A stretch of 64,000 nt of DNA from Negativicutes bacterium (GCA_963665275.2 CAXXIN010000012.1:32001-96000); one strand, 5' to 3'. Numbered from the stretch's first letter, positions 20,148-30,140 are shown. Numbers and translations are program-made. Notes: generated by a model from the letters alone, not told the origin.

Positions 20148-20863
20148 GAACCAATCGTGGAGTCCATGCGCAATTTCCATACCATCAACACGGCCTCCAG
20201 GAAAATTTTGCGTGACATTTTCGATTTCCCAGCAGTCCGATCTTCAAAAATGATCGGTGTCTCAACAATTCGGAATCCCAGAGCCTGCGCCCGATAAGTC
20301 ATTTCAATCTGAAAGGAATAACCGTTGGACTTGACTGCATCCAAATCGATAGCCTGAAGAACCTCCCTGCGGAAGCACTTGAATCCACCGGTCAGATCAC
20401 GCAGGGACAGCCCGAGGATTGTCCTGGCATACAAACTGCCGCCGCGGCTGATAAATTTCCGTAGCAATCCCCAGTTTTTCACCCCGCCGCCCGGAACATA
20501 ACGGCTGCCCAAAACCACATCATGCGTCTGAATTGCCGCCAAAAAATCGGGCAGGTACTTGGGATCATGGGAGAAATCGGCATCCATCTCAAAAATGTAG
20601 TCGTAATCACGGGCCAGCGCCCATTTGAACCCGGCAATATACGCTGTCCCCAGACCCAGCTTCCCGGCGCGCTTCAACAAAAACAGACGATCCGGATATC
20701 GCGACTGCATCAGCCCCTCGACGACTTCAAAGGTGCGATCAGGCGAGTTGTCGTCCACGATCAGCATATGGGCTGCCGGATCGGTCCGGGTAATCAGCTC
20801 CAGCAAACTTTCTATATTCTCCCGCTCATTATAGGTGGGAATGATGATTAGATGTTTCGACAA
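20144..20863 (-). CDS. Polyprenol-monophosphomannose synthase-like GT2 (Ppm1/DPM1)
   Basis: IPTYNE, VDDNSPD, GKLGLGTAY, MDADFSH, GSRYVPGG, GYSFQIE. Confidence 0.92.
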   Translation of the reverse strand: MSKHLIIIPTYNERENIESLLELITRTDPAAHMLIVDDNSPDRTFEVVEGLMQSRYPDRLFLLKRAGKLGLGTAYIAGFKWALARDYDYIFEMDADFSHDPKYLPDFLAAIQTHDVVLGSRYVPGGGVKNWGLLRKFISRGGSLYARTILGLSLRDLTGGFKCFRREVLQAIDLDAVKSNGYSFQIEMTYRAQALGFRIVETPIIFEDRTAGKSKMSRKIFLEAVLMVWKLRMDSTIGS

Positions 20864-20865
20864 GG

Positions 20866-21288
20866 CTATCGTTCCTCCCCGTTCGGTTCTTTCCCGCACG
20901 TGCTGTTTCGCTTTTCGCCAAAAGTAAACCGCGAATTCATGGCAAAATTCAAGATGCTGACCAAGCCAATGGAAACGAGCTGTGCCAGGGTCTTGTCCAT
21001 ATCGAATTTCTCGACAAAGGCTCCCAGCAACAACAAATTGAACCCGAGGTTCAGAACGCTGACCCCGAGAAATCGAAAGTACTTGTTGCGCGTGCTGCGA
21101 CTAGCGGCATGTCCCTTGAACGTCCAACGGAAGTTCCAGAAAAAATTATTGGTAACGGCAAACAAAAAGGATACCACGGCTGCCGCGAGATAATACAGAC
21201 CGCCTTGCACTGCGACCGCATACACAGCCATGTTGACCAGAGTTCCTGATAATCCGACGATCGAAAACTTCATGAATCGCTTTAACAA
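20866..21288 (-). CDS. GtrA-family flippase
   Basis: KFSIVGLSGTLVN, N.RWTF, NF..N.RFTF. Confidence 0.9.
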   Translation of the reverse strand: MLKRFMKFSIVGLSGTLVNMAVYAVAVQGGLYYLAAAVVSFLFAVTNNFFWNFRWTFKGHAASRSTRNKYFRFLGVSVLNLGFNLLLLGAFVEKFDMDKTLAQLVSIGLVSILNFAMNSRFTFGEKRNSTCGKEPNGEER

Positions 21289-21385
21289 AAAGTGGGTCCG
21301 CCTTCTTTACACAAAATTCTTTATCATTATATCACAAGGCTTCGATCAACTGTCAAAATCCATATTTTGCATAGCCTTATTATTA

Positions 21386-21414
21386 TTGATAATTTTTCTC
21401 CGCAGTCATATAAT
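21386..21414 (+). promoter_or_regulatory. SigmaA promoter of TM1266-aspA-hydF
   Basis: TTGATA-N17-TATAAT. Confidence 0.8.
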
Positions 21415-21420
21415 AATGTT

Positions 21421-21542
21421 AATATAGGGTTCCTGAGGGAGAGGGCCTAAAGCCTGACGCCGAGGGATGAACAACGCGGCGCATCAATGGGTGTGTCACA
21501 AGGTTCATCAGCTCCGCGAATTGTGCGGAGTTTTATTTTTTT
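21421..21542 (+). ncRNA. Candidate cis-regulatory structured leader (riboswitch-like) ending in an intrinsic terminator
   Basis: Stems GGGC/GCCT, GATGAAC/GTTCATC and GGCGCATC/GGTGTGTC; terminator GCTCCGCG/TGCGGAGT plus T run before the RBS; family not recognised. Confidence 0.6.
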
Positions 21543-21559
21543 AAAAGGGAGCTTGGAAG

Positions 21560-21814
21560 ATGAATTCACGTCTCGGCTTTGTTGGCATCGTTATCGAAGA
21601 TCCGTCCAGTGCACCTGACATCAACAACATCCTCAGCCGACATGGCCAAATCATTGCCGGCCGCATGGGTATTCCCCGTATTCATCACAACGAAGCGGGA
21701 ATCTCAGTCATCACTTTGATTGTGCAAGGAACTACGGATGAAATTGGCGCCCTGACCGGCCAGCTTGGCAACGTGGCCGGTGTTCAGGTCCGGTCTGCTC
21801 TGAGTAACAAATAA
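21560..21814 (+). CDS. TM1266-family iron-only hydrogenase system putative regulator
   Basis: 84 aa, GRMGIP, IGALTGQLG...GVQV; upstream of hydF. Confidence 0.88.
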   Translation: MNSRLGFVGIVIEDPSSAPDINNILSRHGQIIAGRMGIPRIHHNEAGISVITLIVQGTTDEIGALTGQLGNVAGVQVRSALSNK

Positions 21815-21832
21815 CTTTCGTGGGAGGTCGTC

Positions 21833-23263
21833 ATGTTCCGTATCGAATCCGACTTTCTTGGAGTGAAAAACGTACCGACTGATGCCTACTATGGAATCCA
21901 TACAGTCCGGGCCATGGAGAATTTCACTGTTTCGCGGCAACTGATCCATCCCGAACTGATTCGCGCCATTGCGACAGTCAAGCAGGCGGCAGCGGAAATG
22001 AACATGTCACTCGGGCTCTTGGATTCCCGACTGGGCTCAGCCATATTTCAGGCTGCCGCCGAAGTAGCAGACGGACAATTCGCCGACCAGTTCCCGTTGG
22101 ATGCGCTCCAGGGAGGCGCTGGCACTTCCACCAACATGAACGTCAATGAAGTCCTCGCCAACCGGGCGATTGAATTGTTGGCCGGTGAAAAAGGGGATTA
22201 TTCGCTGATCCATCCCCTAAACCATGTTAACCTGTCGCAGTCCACCAATGACGTCTATCCTACCGCCCTGCGTCTTGCGGCTATCCGTCTGCTGCAGGCC
22301 CTGTCCGAAGCCTGCGCCCAATTGCAGGGTTCTTTGCAGAAAAAAGAGGCTGAATTTGCTGGAGTCCTGAAACTGGGCAGAACCGAAATGCAGGATGCGG
22401 TCCCCATTACGCTTGGGCAGGAATTTTCCGCCTGGGCGGAAGCGATCGCCCGTGACCGCTGGCGCCTCTACAAGGTGGAAGAACGCCTCCGCGAAGTGAA
22501 CCTCGGCGGCACGGCCATTGGAACCGGCCTGAATGCGGAACGAAAATATGTGTTCGGCGTTGTGGAGCGTCTGCGTTCCCTGACAGGCATCGGGCTGGCG
22601 CGCGACGAAAACATGATTGACACCACCCAGAACGCCGACGTCTTTGTTGAAGTATCGGGGCTGCTCAAAGCCTGCGCCTCTACGCTGATCAAAATCAGCA
22701 ATGACCTTCGCCTGCTCTCCTCCGGTCCCCGCGGCGGCTTCGGCGAGATCCGGCTGCCGGATCTTCAGGCCGGCTCTTCCATCATGCCAGGCAAAGTGAA
22801 TCCGGTCATTCCTGAAATGGTTGCCCAAGTCGGCTATCAGATCATTGCCCGCGATCTGGCCATCACGTTGGCAGCTCAGGGCGGCCAGCTGGAACTTAAT
22901 GCTTTTTTACCGCTCATCGCCGCCAATCTGCTGCCTGGGATGGAAGAACTCACACAGGCAATGCGTCTGTTTGCATCCCGTTGCATCGACGGCATTGAGG
23001 CGGATACGGACCGGTGTCGGGCTCATTTGGAGAACAGCGTCGCCCTGATCACAGCGCTCTCTCCGCTCATCGGTTACGACCGGGCTGCCGCAATCGCCAA
23101 ACAGGCACTAAAGAATAACTCCCCCATCAAGAAAGCACTCTTGGAATCCGGTCTGTTTACCCAGGCGGAACTTGATGCTTTGTTGCGCCCGGAGACACTC
23201 ACCCGTCCCGGCATGATCAAAAGGCCGACCGCCGATAAACCAAAGGAGGCCCGCCATGAATGA
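21833..23263 (+). CDS. aspA: Aspartate ammonia-lyase (fumarase/aspartase family)
   Basis: QGGAGTSTNMN, SQSTNDVYPTA, GSSIMPGKVNP. Confidence 0.9.
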   Translation: MFRIESDFLGVKNVPTDAYYGIHTVRAMENFTVSRQLIHPELIRAIATVKQAAAEMNMSLGLLDSRLGSAIFQAAAEVADGQFADQFPLDALQGGAGTSTNMNVNEVLANRAIELLAGEKGDYSLIHPLNHVNLSQSTNDVYPTALRLAAIRLLQALSEACAQLQGSLQKKEAEFAGVLKLGRTEMQDAVPITLGQEFSAWAEAIARDRWRLYKVEERLREVNLGGTAIGTGLNAERKYVFGVVERLRSLTGIGLARDENMIDTTQNADVFVEVSGLLKACASTLIKISNDLRLLSSGPRGGFGEIRLPDLQAGSSIMPGKVNPVIPEMVAQVGYQIIARDLAITLAAQGGQLELNAFLPLIAANLLPGMEELTQAMRLFASRCIDGIEADTDRCRAHLENSVALITALSPLIGYDRAAAIAKQALKNNSPIKKALLESGLFTQAELDALLRPETLTRPGMIKRPTADKPKEARHE

Positions 23264-24488
23264 AACCCCACGCGGCAACCGGTTGCATATCGCTTTGTTC
23301 GGACGTCGGAACGCCGGAAAATCAAGTCTGATCAATGCACTGACCAATCAGTCGCTGGCCATCGTATCCCCTATTGCCGGCACCACTACCGATCCGGTCT
23401 ATAAATCCATGGAGATTTTGCCCATTGGTCCTGTGGTAGTTATCGACACCGCAGGGCTGGATGACGTAGGTGACTTGGGATCGTTGCGTGTCGCCAAATC
23501 ATTGGAAGTCTTGCGAAAATCCGATTTGGTCCTGCTAGTGGTTGATGCAGGCGTCGGACTCGGTGAGCCAGAAAAAGGCCTGGCGGAAAAATGTCTGGCG
23601 CAGAAAATCCCCTTCATCCTCGTCTTTAATAAAACCGATCTTCAGGAAGTTTCTCCGGCAACTCTGGAAACGGCAAAAAGCGAACTCGGAGCCGTTGCTG
23701 CAGTGGCCCTCAGTGCGCAGGAACGAAGAGGCATCGGGGAGCTCAAAATCGCCATGGTCCGTCACGCCCCAGCACGGTGGGATACGCAGACCATCGTGGG
23801 AGACTTGTTGCAGCCGGGTGATATCGCCGTTTTGGTCGTTCCGATCGATCTGGCCGCACCCGCCGGACGCCTGATCCTACCGCAGGTCCAGATGATTCGC
23901 GATATCCTGGATCACGATGCCATGGCCTATACGGTTAAAGAACGCGAACTGAAGGAATGCATCGCCAGTTTGAACCGCAAGCCGAAGATCGTCATTACGG
24001 ATTCGCAGGTTTTTCTCAAAGCCGACGCCGATACACCCCCGGATGTACTCCTGACTTCTTTTTCGATCCTGTTTGCCCGCTACAAGGGTGATCTGGAAAC
24101 GATGGTGCGAGGCGCCCGGGCAATTGATCGCCTGAAACCCGGCGACAAGGTTCTCATCAGCGAATCCTGCACTCATCATCGGGTTGAAGATGATATCGGC
24201 ACTGTTAAAATTCCCCGCTGGCTACGGCAGCATGTCGGCGGCGAACTGATCGTCGATCACTCCAGTGGATTGACATTTCCGCAAAATCTTAGTGATTACA
24301 AACTGGTTCTCCACTGCGGCGCCTGCATGACCAACCGTCGCGAAATGCTGGCCCGCATCGTCGAAGTTCAGCAGGCTGGCGTTCCTATCGTCAACTATGG
24401 CGTTGCCATCGCGGCGCTGATGGGCATCCTGAAGAGAGCCTTGTCGCCTTTTCCCCTGTTACAAGAGATACTGGATGAAGACGAGTGA
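23256..24488 (+). CDS. hydF: [FeFe]-hydrogenase H-cluster maturation GTPase HydF
   Basis: GRRNAGKSS, DTAG, NKTD, GRLILPQ, C-x-H...HCGAC cluster motif. Confidence 0.96.
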   Translation: MNETPRGNRLHIALFGRRNAGKSSLINALTNQSLAIVSPIAGTTTDPVYKSMEILPIGPVVVIDTAGLDDVGDLGSLRVAKSLEVLRKSDLVLLVVDAGVGLGEPEKGLAEKCLAQKIPFILVFNKTDLQEVSPATLETAKSELGAVAAVALSAQERRGIGELKIAMVRHAPARWDTQTIVGDLLQPGDIAVLVVPIDLAAPAGRLILPQVQMIRDILDHDAMAYTVKERELKECIASLNRKPKIVITDSQVFLKADADTPPDVLLTSFSILFARYKGDLETMVRGARAIDRLKPGDKVLISESCTHHRVEDDIGTVKIPRWLRQHVGGELIVDHSSGLTFPQNLSDYKLVLHCGACMTNRREMLARIVEVQQAGVPIVNYGVAIAALMGILKRALSPFPLLQEILDEDE

Positions 24489-24494
24489 GTAAAC

Positions 24495-24528
24495 AAAAAT
24501 CCCGGAGCATGAAGCTACCGGGATTTTT
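24495..24528. terminator. Bidirectional intrinsic terminator
   Basis: AAAAATCCCGG...CCGGGATTTTT between convergent genes. Confidence 0.8.
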
Positions 24529-24553
24529 GATAATCAGGCCACGGTTGATGCTA

Positions 24554-26296
24554 TTATACTTTAAACTGGTTTACCGTCTGCTGCAGGTCGTTGGCGAACT
24601 TGCCCAACTCCCGTCCCGCTGCGGCAATTTCCTGCATTGCAGCCGATTGTTCTTCTGTCGCTGCCGAAACATTATGAGTTTGTTGCACTGCCGTTTGTCC
24701 GATAATTTTCAAATCGTTCATTGCCCCAAGAATGGTAGAATTCCCTTCGGCCATTGCAGCGAAGGACTCGTCAATCTTCCGGACTTGATTCGAAACATTA
24801 GACACCTGCAAATTAATTTCTTGAAAAGATTGACCCGCGCTTCGCACATCATTGGCCCCGGTTCGTACTTCCTTGCTCCCTGCCGCCATGACTGCAACAG
24901 CCCGTTCTGTTTCCGACTGAATACCGCCGATTAACGAGGCAATTTGCTGCGCGGCATGATCTGATTGCTCCGCCAATTTTCGAACTTCATCCGCGACTAC
25001 GGAAAATCCTCGCCCGGACTCACCAGCGCGCGCTGCTTCAATCGCGGCATTGAGCGCCAGCAAATTAGTCTGTCCGGCAATATCCGAAATTGTTGCAACG
25101 ATGTGCCCAATTTCTTGCGACATTGTTCCTAGTTTCGCAACAACTTCCGCTGACTCTCCTACGGTTTTCTCAATTTGATCCATCTGTCGTACTGCTTGTC
25201 CAGCTGCAATTTCACCTTCTGCTGCTTTGCGTGCTGCAACAGTTGAACTTTCGGCAACTCCCGCAGCCTCTCGCGCCAAACGATCAACCTGATTCGCGCG
25301 CTTTGCCACACTTGCGATGACTTCTTCAATCGTTTTATTCTGGCTGTCGGCGCCAACAGCGACTTCGGCAATTGCGGTTGCGACTGAGTTTGCCGATTCC
25401 GCCGATTGCTCAACATTCGCCCCAAGCTGCTCTGCTGACTTGGTCAGCATATTTGAATTTTGACGAATGTTGAGCACCAAGGATTTAATATGCCCTTGCA
25501 TCCGATTCATAGCCGCGCCAACCTCACCAATCTCATCATTGGAAGAAACAACAATCGCCCGGGTCAGATCTCCCTTTGAATACATTGCGGCTCCCTCAGC
25601 CAAAGCTTGCAGTGGCCGCCTTACCGCACGTGAAAGCGTAAGGCTGAGCGCTATGCCGACCACTAGAGCAATTCCCCCAACCCCTGCAGCAACCTTAACT
25701 GCTTCCGCAGCAGCAATCGATGCATCTTCTACGGTTTCCGCCACGTTTTTTTCATCAGCTTCGACGAAGTTTAATATACTTCTTTTTACTGATTGCGCCT
25801 GAGAATTAAAGTTGATTGCCATCGCAATTGCTCGAACCCGCTTGGCCTCAACACTCCCATCAATCACCGCCGAGTCTCGTTGCGCATGACTAGCCGAATA
25901 ATAGTCCTTGACCGCTGGTAACAGCTCACCCGTCAGTTTCATTTTATACTCAATTACTTCTTTTACCAATTCATCAACGCGAGTCTTCTCGCCTTCTTCC
26001 CGCAAAAGTTTTTTCAATTCGATTGCCATATCGCTGATTTTATTTGCGGATTCTTCAGCTTGGCGAGCGTAGTTTTCATCTCCGAAAGCTACCAACCCCC
26101 GCAGACTTGCCAGCATGCCGGCCGCTTCCGCATCCATCTTCATTTCCAGCATCAGTCGACGATTAGTCTCATGAAGCGCTCCAACCTGTTTTTCCGCCTC
26201 ATAGAGCGAATAAAGCGCTATTGCCGCCATGAATCCCAGCAATACCAACATTGCCGCAAACCCGGCGGTTATTTTGGTTCCGATACGCATCTGCAT
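24554..26296 (-). CDS. Membrane methyl-accepting chemotaxis protein (2 TM, HAMP)
   Basis: DEIG HAMP motif, [23 protein letters not shown]. Confidence 0.94.
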   Translation of the reverse strand: MQMRIGTKITAGFAAMLVLLGFMAAIALYSLYEAEKQVGALHETNRRLMLEMKMDAEAAGMLASLRGLVAFGDENYARQAEESANKISDMAIELKKLLREEGEKTRVDELVKEVIEYKMKLTGELLPAVKDYYSASHAQRDSAVIDGSVEAKRVRAIAMAINFNSQAQSVKRSILNFVEADEKNVAETVEDASIAAAEAVKVAAGVGGIALVVGIALSLTLSRAVRRPLQALAEGAAMYSKGDLTRAIVVSSNDEIGEVGAAMNRMQGHIKSLVLNIRQNSNMLTKSAEQLGANVEQSAESANSVATAIAEVAVGADSQNKTIEEVIASVAKRANQVDRLAREAAGVAESSTVAARKAAEGEIAAGQAVRQMDQIEKTVGESAEVVAKLGTMSQEIGHIVATISDIAGQTNLLALNAAIEAARAGESGRGFSVVADEVRKLAEQSDHAAQQIASLIGGIQSETERAVAVMAAGSKEVRTGANDVRSAGQSFQEINLQVSNVSNQVRKIDESFAAMAEGNSTILGAMNDLKIIGQTAVQQTHNVSAATEEQSAAMQEIAAAGRELGKFANDLQQTVNQFKV

Positions 26297-26365
26297 AAAA
26301 CACCCCGCAACAAACTCTAATTTTCCTTATATTTCATTGCACATGCCTCTCCTATTCTCCTGCTA

Positions 26366-26410
26366 AATTGTCAAAAAAAACCGGCCAATTTCGGCCGGTT
26401 TTTGACAATT
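26366..26410 (-). terminator. Intrinsic terminator of the second livK
   Basis: AAAAACCGGCC...GGCCGGTTTTT with extended arms. Confidence 0.8.
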
Positions 26411-26439
26411 GAAATTATTGAGTTATTTAGGAAATTCGA

Positions 26440-27621
26440 TTACGGTTTAACGGTTGTTTTGTAGACCATCTTACCATCTTTCATTTCGATGATAACCGCG
26501 CTCTTCACCGCATCATGACTTGCATTCAGAGTCGTTGCTCCGGTAACAGCCGGGAAATCTTTGGTCGCTTCGAGAGCGTCGCGGATCTTCGCAGGGTCAG
26601 CAGCACCAGCGCGTTTGATCGCATCAGCCATTACGTAAGCGGCATCATAACCGAGTACCGCCATAGCATCAGGCATAACGCCGTATTCTTTTTTATAGGC
26701 ATCAACGAATTTCTTGGAGGCAGGACTGTTATCTTCCGGCGAATAATGATTGGTAAAGAAGGTATTGTTCATGCCGGCAGCCGTTCCGATTTCAACCAGT
26801 TTCGGAGAATCCCAGCCATCGCCACCGACGATGGGAACGGTGATGCCCATTTCACGAGCTTGTTTGGCAATCATACCCACTTCTTCGTAATAACCAGGCA
26901 GATAGATAACTTCGGGGCTCATCCCTTTGATCTTGGTCAGGATAGCCTTGAAATCCTTGTCTTTTTGCAGATAAGCTTCTTCACCGGCGATCGCACCGCC
27001 GCCTTTCGTGAAGGCTTCTTTGAAGAACTTAGCCAGTCCTTTGCTATAGTCGCTGGAGTTATCGATCATCACAACCGCTTTTTTCAGTTTGAGGTCTTTC
27101 AGTACGAAATTCGCACCAACTGTACCCTGGAACGGGTCAATGAAACAGACGCGGAAGGTGTAGGGTTTTGCTTTGCCTGTGGCTTCATTCACGGTGACTT
27201 TGGGGTTCGTTGTAGCGGCAGCCATGAAAGGAATCTTGTTGGCTTCGTTAACCGCTGAACCGGCAATGCCATTGGAGCTGGTGGTGAAACCGACAACCGC
27301 AACAACTTTGTCCTGCGAGATAACTTTGGTCATCGCATTGGCCGACTCAGAAGGTTCTCCCTTATTGTCAGCGCTGACGATAGTGATCTGCTTGCCAAGA
27401 ACACCGCCGGCAGCATTGATTTCTTTGAATGCAAGTTTGGTGCCATTATTGGCTGCTGTACCAAAGGAAGCCGTATTGCCAGTCAGTTCATAGACAACAC
27501 CGATTTTGATATCTTTCGAATCAGCCGGTTTTGCCGGAGTACTGGCGCCACCACAGCCTGCAACAGTTAAGGCAGCAACAACTAGAACCACAAGAACATA
27601 GAGAAGTGCACTCTTTTTCAT
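26440..27621 (-). CDS. Stand-alone LivK/LivJ-family substrate-binding lipoprotein
   Basis: ATG 27621 behind GGAGG; lipobox VAGC; INAAGGVLGK, FRVCFIDPFQG, GGDGWDS. Confidence 0.9.
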   Translation of the reverse strand: MKKSALLYVLVVLVVAALTVAGCGGASTPAKPADSKDIKIGVVYELTGNTASFGTAANNGTKLAFKEINAAGGVLGKQITIVSADNKGEPSESANAMTKVISQDKVVAVVGFTTSSNGIAGSAVNEANKIPFMAAATTNPKVTVNEATGKAKPYTFRVCFIDPFQGTVGANFVLKDLKLKKAVVMIDNSSDYSKGLAKFFKEAFTKGGGAIAGEEAYLQKDKDFKAILTKIKGMSPEVIYLPGYYEEVGMIAKQAREMGITVPIVGGDGWDSPKLVEIGTAAGMNNTFFTNHYSPEDNSPASKKFVDAYKKEYGVMPDAMAVLGYDAAYVMADAIKRAGAADPAKIRDALEATKDFPAVTGATTLNASHDAVKSAVIIEMKDGKMVYKTTVKP

Positions 27622-27727
27622 TCTTTCAACCTCCATTTTTTTGTCTTTCTCGTCAGCGGGTTTATCTACAATAGGTTCCCCTATGGCCCCCCCTTCAGCA
27701 CGAAGGCTTACACGTTCCAGATAAGAG

Positions 27728-27788
27728 AAAAAAGAAGCTTTTCGACATAATACCAAGACGGTATTGCGCAAAAAGCTTCTTCGCTTTT
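27728..27788 (-). promoter_or_regulatory. Leader attenuator: terminator with an overlapping hexaloop hairpin
   Basis: Minus strand AAAAGC-GAAGAA-GCTTTT overlapping AAGAAGCTTTT...AAAAGCTTCTT-TTTT, between promoter and gene. Confidence 0.65.
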
Positions 27789-27829
27789 ACTTTATGGCCT
27801 CTGTATGCTATGTAATGTTCTTGAAATAG

Positions 27830-27858
27830 ATTATAGTACGCAAATTCATATTTATCAA
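27830..27858 (-). promoter_or_regulatory. SigmaA promoter of the second livK
   Basis: TTGATA-N17-TATAAT. Confidence 0.8.
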
Positions 27859-27916
27859 GCATATTTAATAAAAAAAGTAACATTTCATCGCAAAAGTGGT
27901 TTTTCCAATCAGAAAT

Positions 27917-29443
27917 TTACCGGAGCCGTTCCCCCAAAGCCGATTCGGTTGCCGTTACGATTTTCTCCAGCACCAGCATTTTATAGACTGTTTCTATATC
28001 TTCAGCCGGTACCCGATCTTCATCCAGGTGGGGAACTTCCCGTCTGATCGCCTGAAATGCCGCATTAACTCCGATTCCCGGAGCAAGCGGTCGCAAGAAG
28101 TCCAGCCCCTGGGCCGCAACCAGCATCTCGATGGCCACAACATACCGAACGTTTTCCAAAATCTCGCGAGCCTGGCGCGCCGCAATGGTTCCCATGCTGA
28201 CATGATCTTCCTGATTGGCTGAGGTGGGAATCGAATCCACGCAGGCGGGATGGGCCAGCACTTTGTTCTCCGACACCAAGGCCGCCGCGGTGTACTGGGT
28301 GATCATCAGTCCTGAATCAACACCGGGATAGGCGGTCAAAAACGGGGGAAGATCGCTCAAATGAGCATCAAGCATACGATTGACACGACGTTCAGCAATG
28401 CTGCCGATCTCCGCCAGTGCAGTTTTCATATAGTCCATGACCAGTGCAACGGGTTGTCCATGAAAATTTCCGCCCGAAATCACCTCTCCCGTATCCGGGA
28501 AAATCAGAGGATTGTCGGTCGCAGAATTCATCTCAATATTCAGAGTGTCCAGCGTTCGCATCAAGGCATCCTTGGATGCACCGTGAACTTGGGGAATACA
28601 GCGAAGCGAATAAGCATCCTGAACTTTTTCGCAGTGGGCGTGCGAAGCGATGATCTCGCTTTCCGCAGTCAGTCGCAACATGTTCGCGCAGGCGGCCAAC
28701 TGTCCCGGATGCGGGCGCAAACGACTAATCCGCTCATCAAAAGCAGTCCGTGTGCCGCGCAAAGCTTCCAACGACATCGCTGCCGCAATGTCGGCGGCTT
28801 TCATCAAGCTTTCCGCATCAGCCCAGACCAGTGCCCCCACCGCAGTCATGATCTGTGTCCCGTTGATCAGCGCCAATCCTTCCTTGCCGCCGAGCTCTAT
28901 CGGCTGCAACCCGGCCGCCGCGAGCGACTCTCTGCCTGACACCAATTTTCCGTCAACAAAGGCTTTTCCTTCGCCCATCAATACTAACGCGATATGCGAC
29001 AACGGCGACAGATCACCGCTGGCCCCCACAGAACCCTTGGAAGGGACTGCGGGGTAGATACGGTGATTAATGAGGGCAATCAGCATATCCAATGTCTCCG
29101 GCCGGATACCTGAATAACCCTTGGCCAAGGAATTGGCCCGCAGGAGCATCGCGGCCCTCACCACATCTTCCGGCAAACATTCGCCGACCCCGGCGGCATG
29201 GCTCAGAATCAGGTTGCGTTGCAGCTTCGCCCGCTCCGGCGGCGAGATCCAGATGCGACTGAGATCGCCGAATCCGGTGGATATGCCGTAAACCGGCTCC
29301 TCAGAAGCCAGCAGTTTTTCAACCACCGCCCGGCTGGCTACGACTTGACGACGTCCCTCCGAGCTCAGGGCAACGATCTCAAATTGCCGGGCTACCCGAA
29401 CGACGTCATCAATGGTAAGTGAATTCCCGTCTATATTGATCAT
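27917..29443 (-). CDS. hutH: Histidine ammonia-lyase
   Basis: VYGISTGFG, MIO-forming GASGDL, KEGLALING, QDAYSLRC, QEDHVSMG. Confidence 0.96.
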   Translation of the reverse strand: MINIDGNSLTIDDVVRVARQFEIVALSSEGRRQVVASRAVVEKLLASEEPVYGISTGFGDLSRIWISPPERAKLQRNLILSHAAGVGECLPEDVVRAAMLLRANSLAKGYSGIRPETLDMLIALINHRIYPAVPSKGSVGASGDLSPLSHIALVLMGEGKAFVDGKLVSGRESLAAAGLQPIELGGKEGLALINGTQIMTAVGALVWADAESLMKAADIAAAMSLEALRGTRTAFDERISRLRPHPGQLAACANMLRLTAESEIIASHAHCEKVQDAYSLRCIPQVHGASKDALMRTLDTLNIEMNSATDNPLIFPDTGEVISGGNFHGQPVALVMDYMKTALAEIGSIAERRVNRMLDAHLSDLPPFLTAYPGVDSGLMITQYTAAALVSENKVLAHPACVDSIPTSANQEDHVSMGTIAARQAREILENVRYVVAIEMLVAAQGLDFLRPLAPGIGVNAAFQAIRREVPHLDEDRVPAEDIETVYKMLVLEKIVTATESALGERLR

Positions 29444-29495
29444 TTCTTCACCTTTTGCCTTTTCCTCTTTTAGCCCATGCCCAACATTCTTTACA

Positions 29496-30062
29496 TCAAG
29501 CGGCCATTGTCAACGCATATAGAAAAGCCGCCACCCCTACCAACCCGGCGCCGGCGCCGCCATACCAATAATAATGGTTTTTGCTGATAGCAGCCAACGA
29601 TGAGAGCAAGATGCCGATTTGCAGCAGGATCAGGGCCTCGCCGAAACGAACGCCGTGCGCCTGGTAGCGGTCCCTCGCCGCTTCGAGCTTCTTGGCTTCA
29701 TCCATGATTTCATTTTTTTCTTTCTTATAACGGGCACCTTCCTTGTCATAAGCGGTAATTTTATCCTGGTAGGTGCTCTCGAGCGTCGGGGAACCCTGCC
29801 GCGCCAAATCCATTGCGTCGCGTTGAGTCTGATAGGCAGTTTCCTTGATGCTTTTCGCCTGATAGAAAGCCCATTGATCCGATGCCTGACTTTGCGTCAG
29901 CACCATCTTATTACTAAAGCTACCAGCCTTAAAGGAGGCCAGTGTGGCGCATACGGCAAAAACGAGAGTCGTAACGGCGATTAAAGTTGGGATTCTATCT
30001 TTCCACGTTTTTTTCGGCTCTGCGGATTCTTTTTCACCTGCAGACTGTTTTTCCAGAGACAT
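29496..30062 (-). CDS. DUF4337-like membrane protein
   Basis: ASDQWAFYQAKSIK motif, LLQIGILLSS. Confidence 0.75.
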   Translation of the reverse strand: MSLEKQSAGEKESAEPKKTWKDRIPTLIAVTTLVFAVCATLASFKAGSFSNKMVLTQSQASDQWAFYQAKSIKETAYQTQRDAMDLARQGSPTLESTYQDKITAYDKEGARYKKEKNEIMDEAKKLEAARDRYQAHGVRFGEALILLQIGILLSSLAAISKNHYYWYGGAGAGLVGVAAFLYALTMAA

Positions 30063-30140
30063 TCGGTAGAATCATCCTTTCCTTTATTAGGTTTAACAGT
30101 GTTTGGCAATTTTATTTTACCACAACCATGCTTAAGGAGG

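Noticed and set aside
21486-21500. T-box-like AATGGGTGTGTCAC in the hydF operon leader
   Set aside because: Lacks the TGGNACC antiterminator bulge, and the leader is too short for a T-box stem I
26338-26363. GCAGGA upstream of the membrane MCP as a sigmaH-like promoter
   Set aside because: The downstream element reads GCAAT rather than GAAT; too weak to call
27790-27815. HutP (UAG-repeat) binding site near hutH
   Set aside because: Only one TAG on the coding strand before the terminator; no repeat pattern
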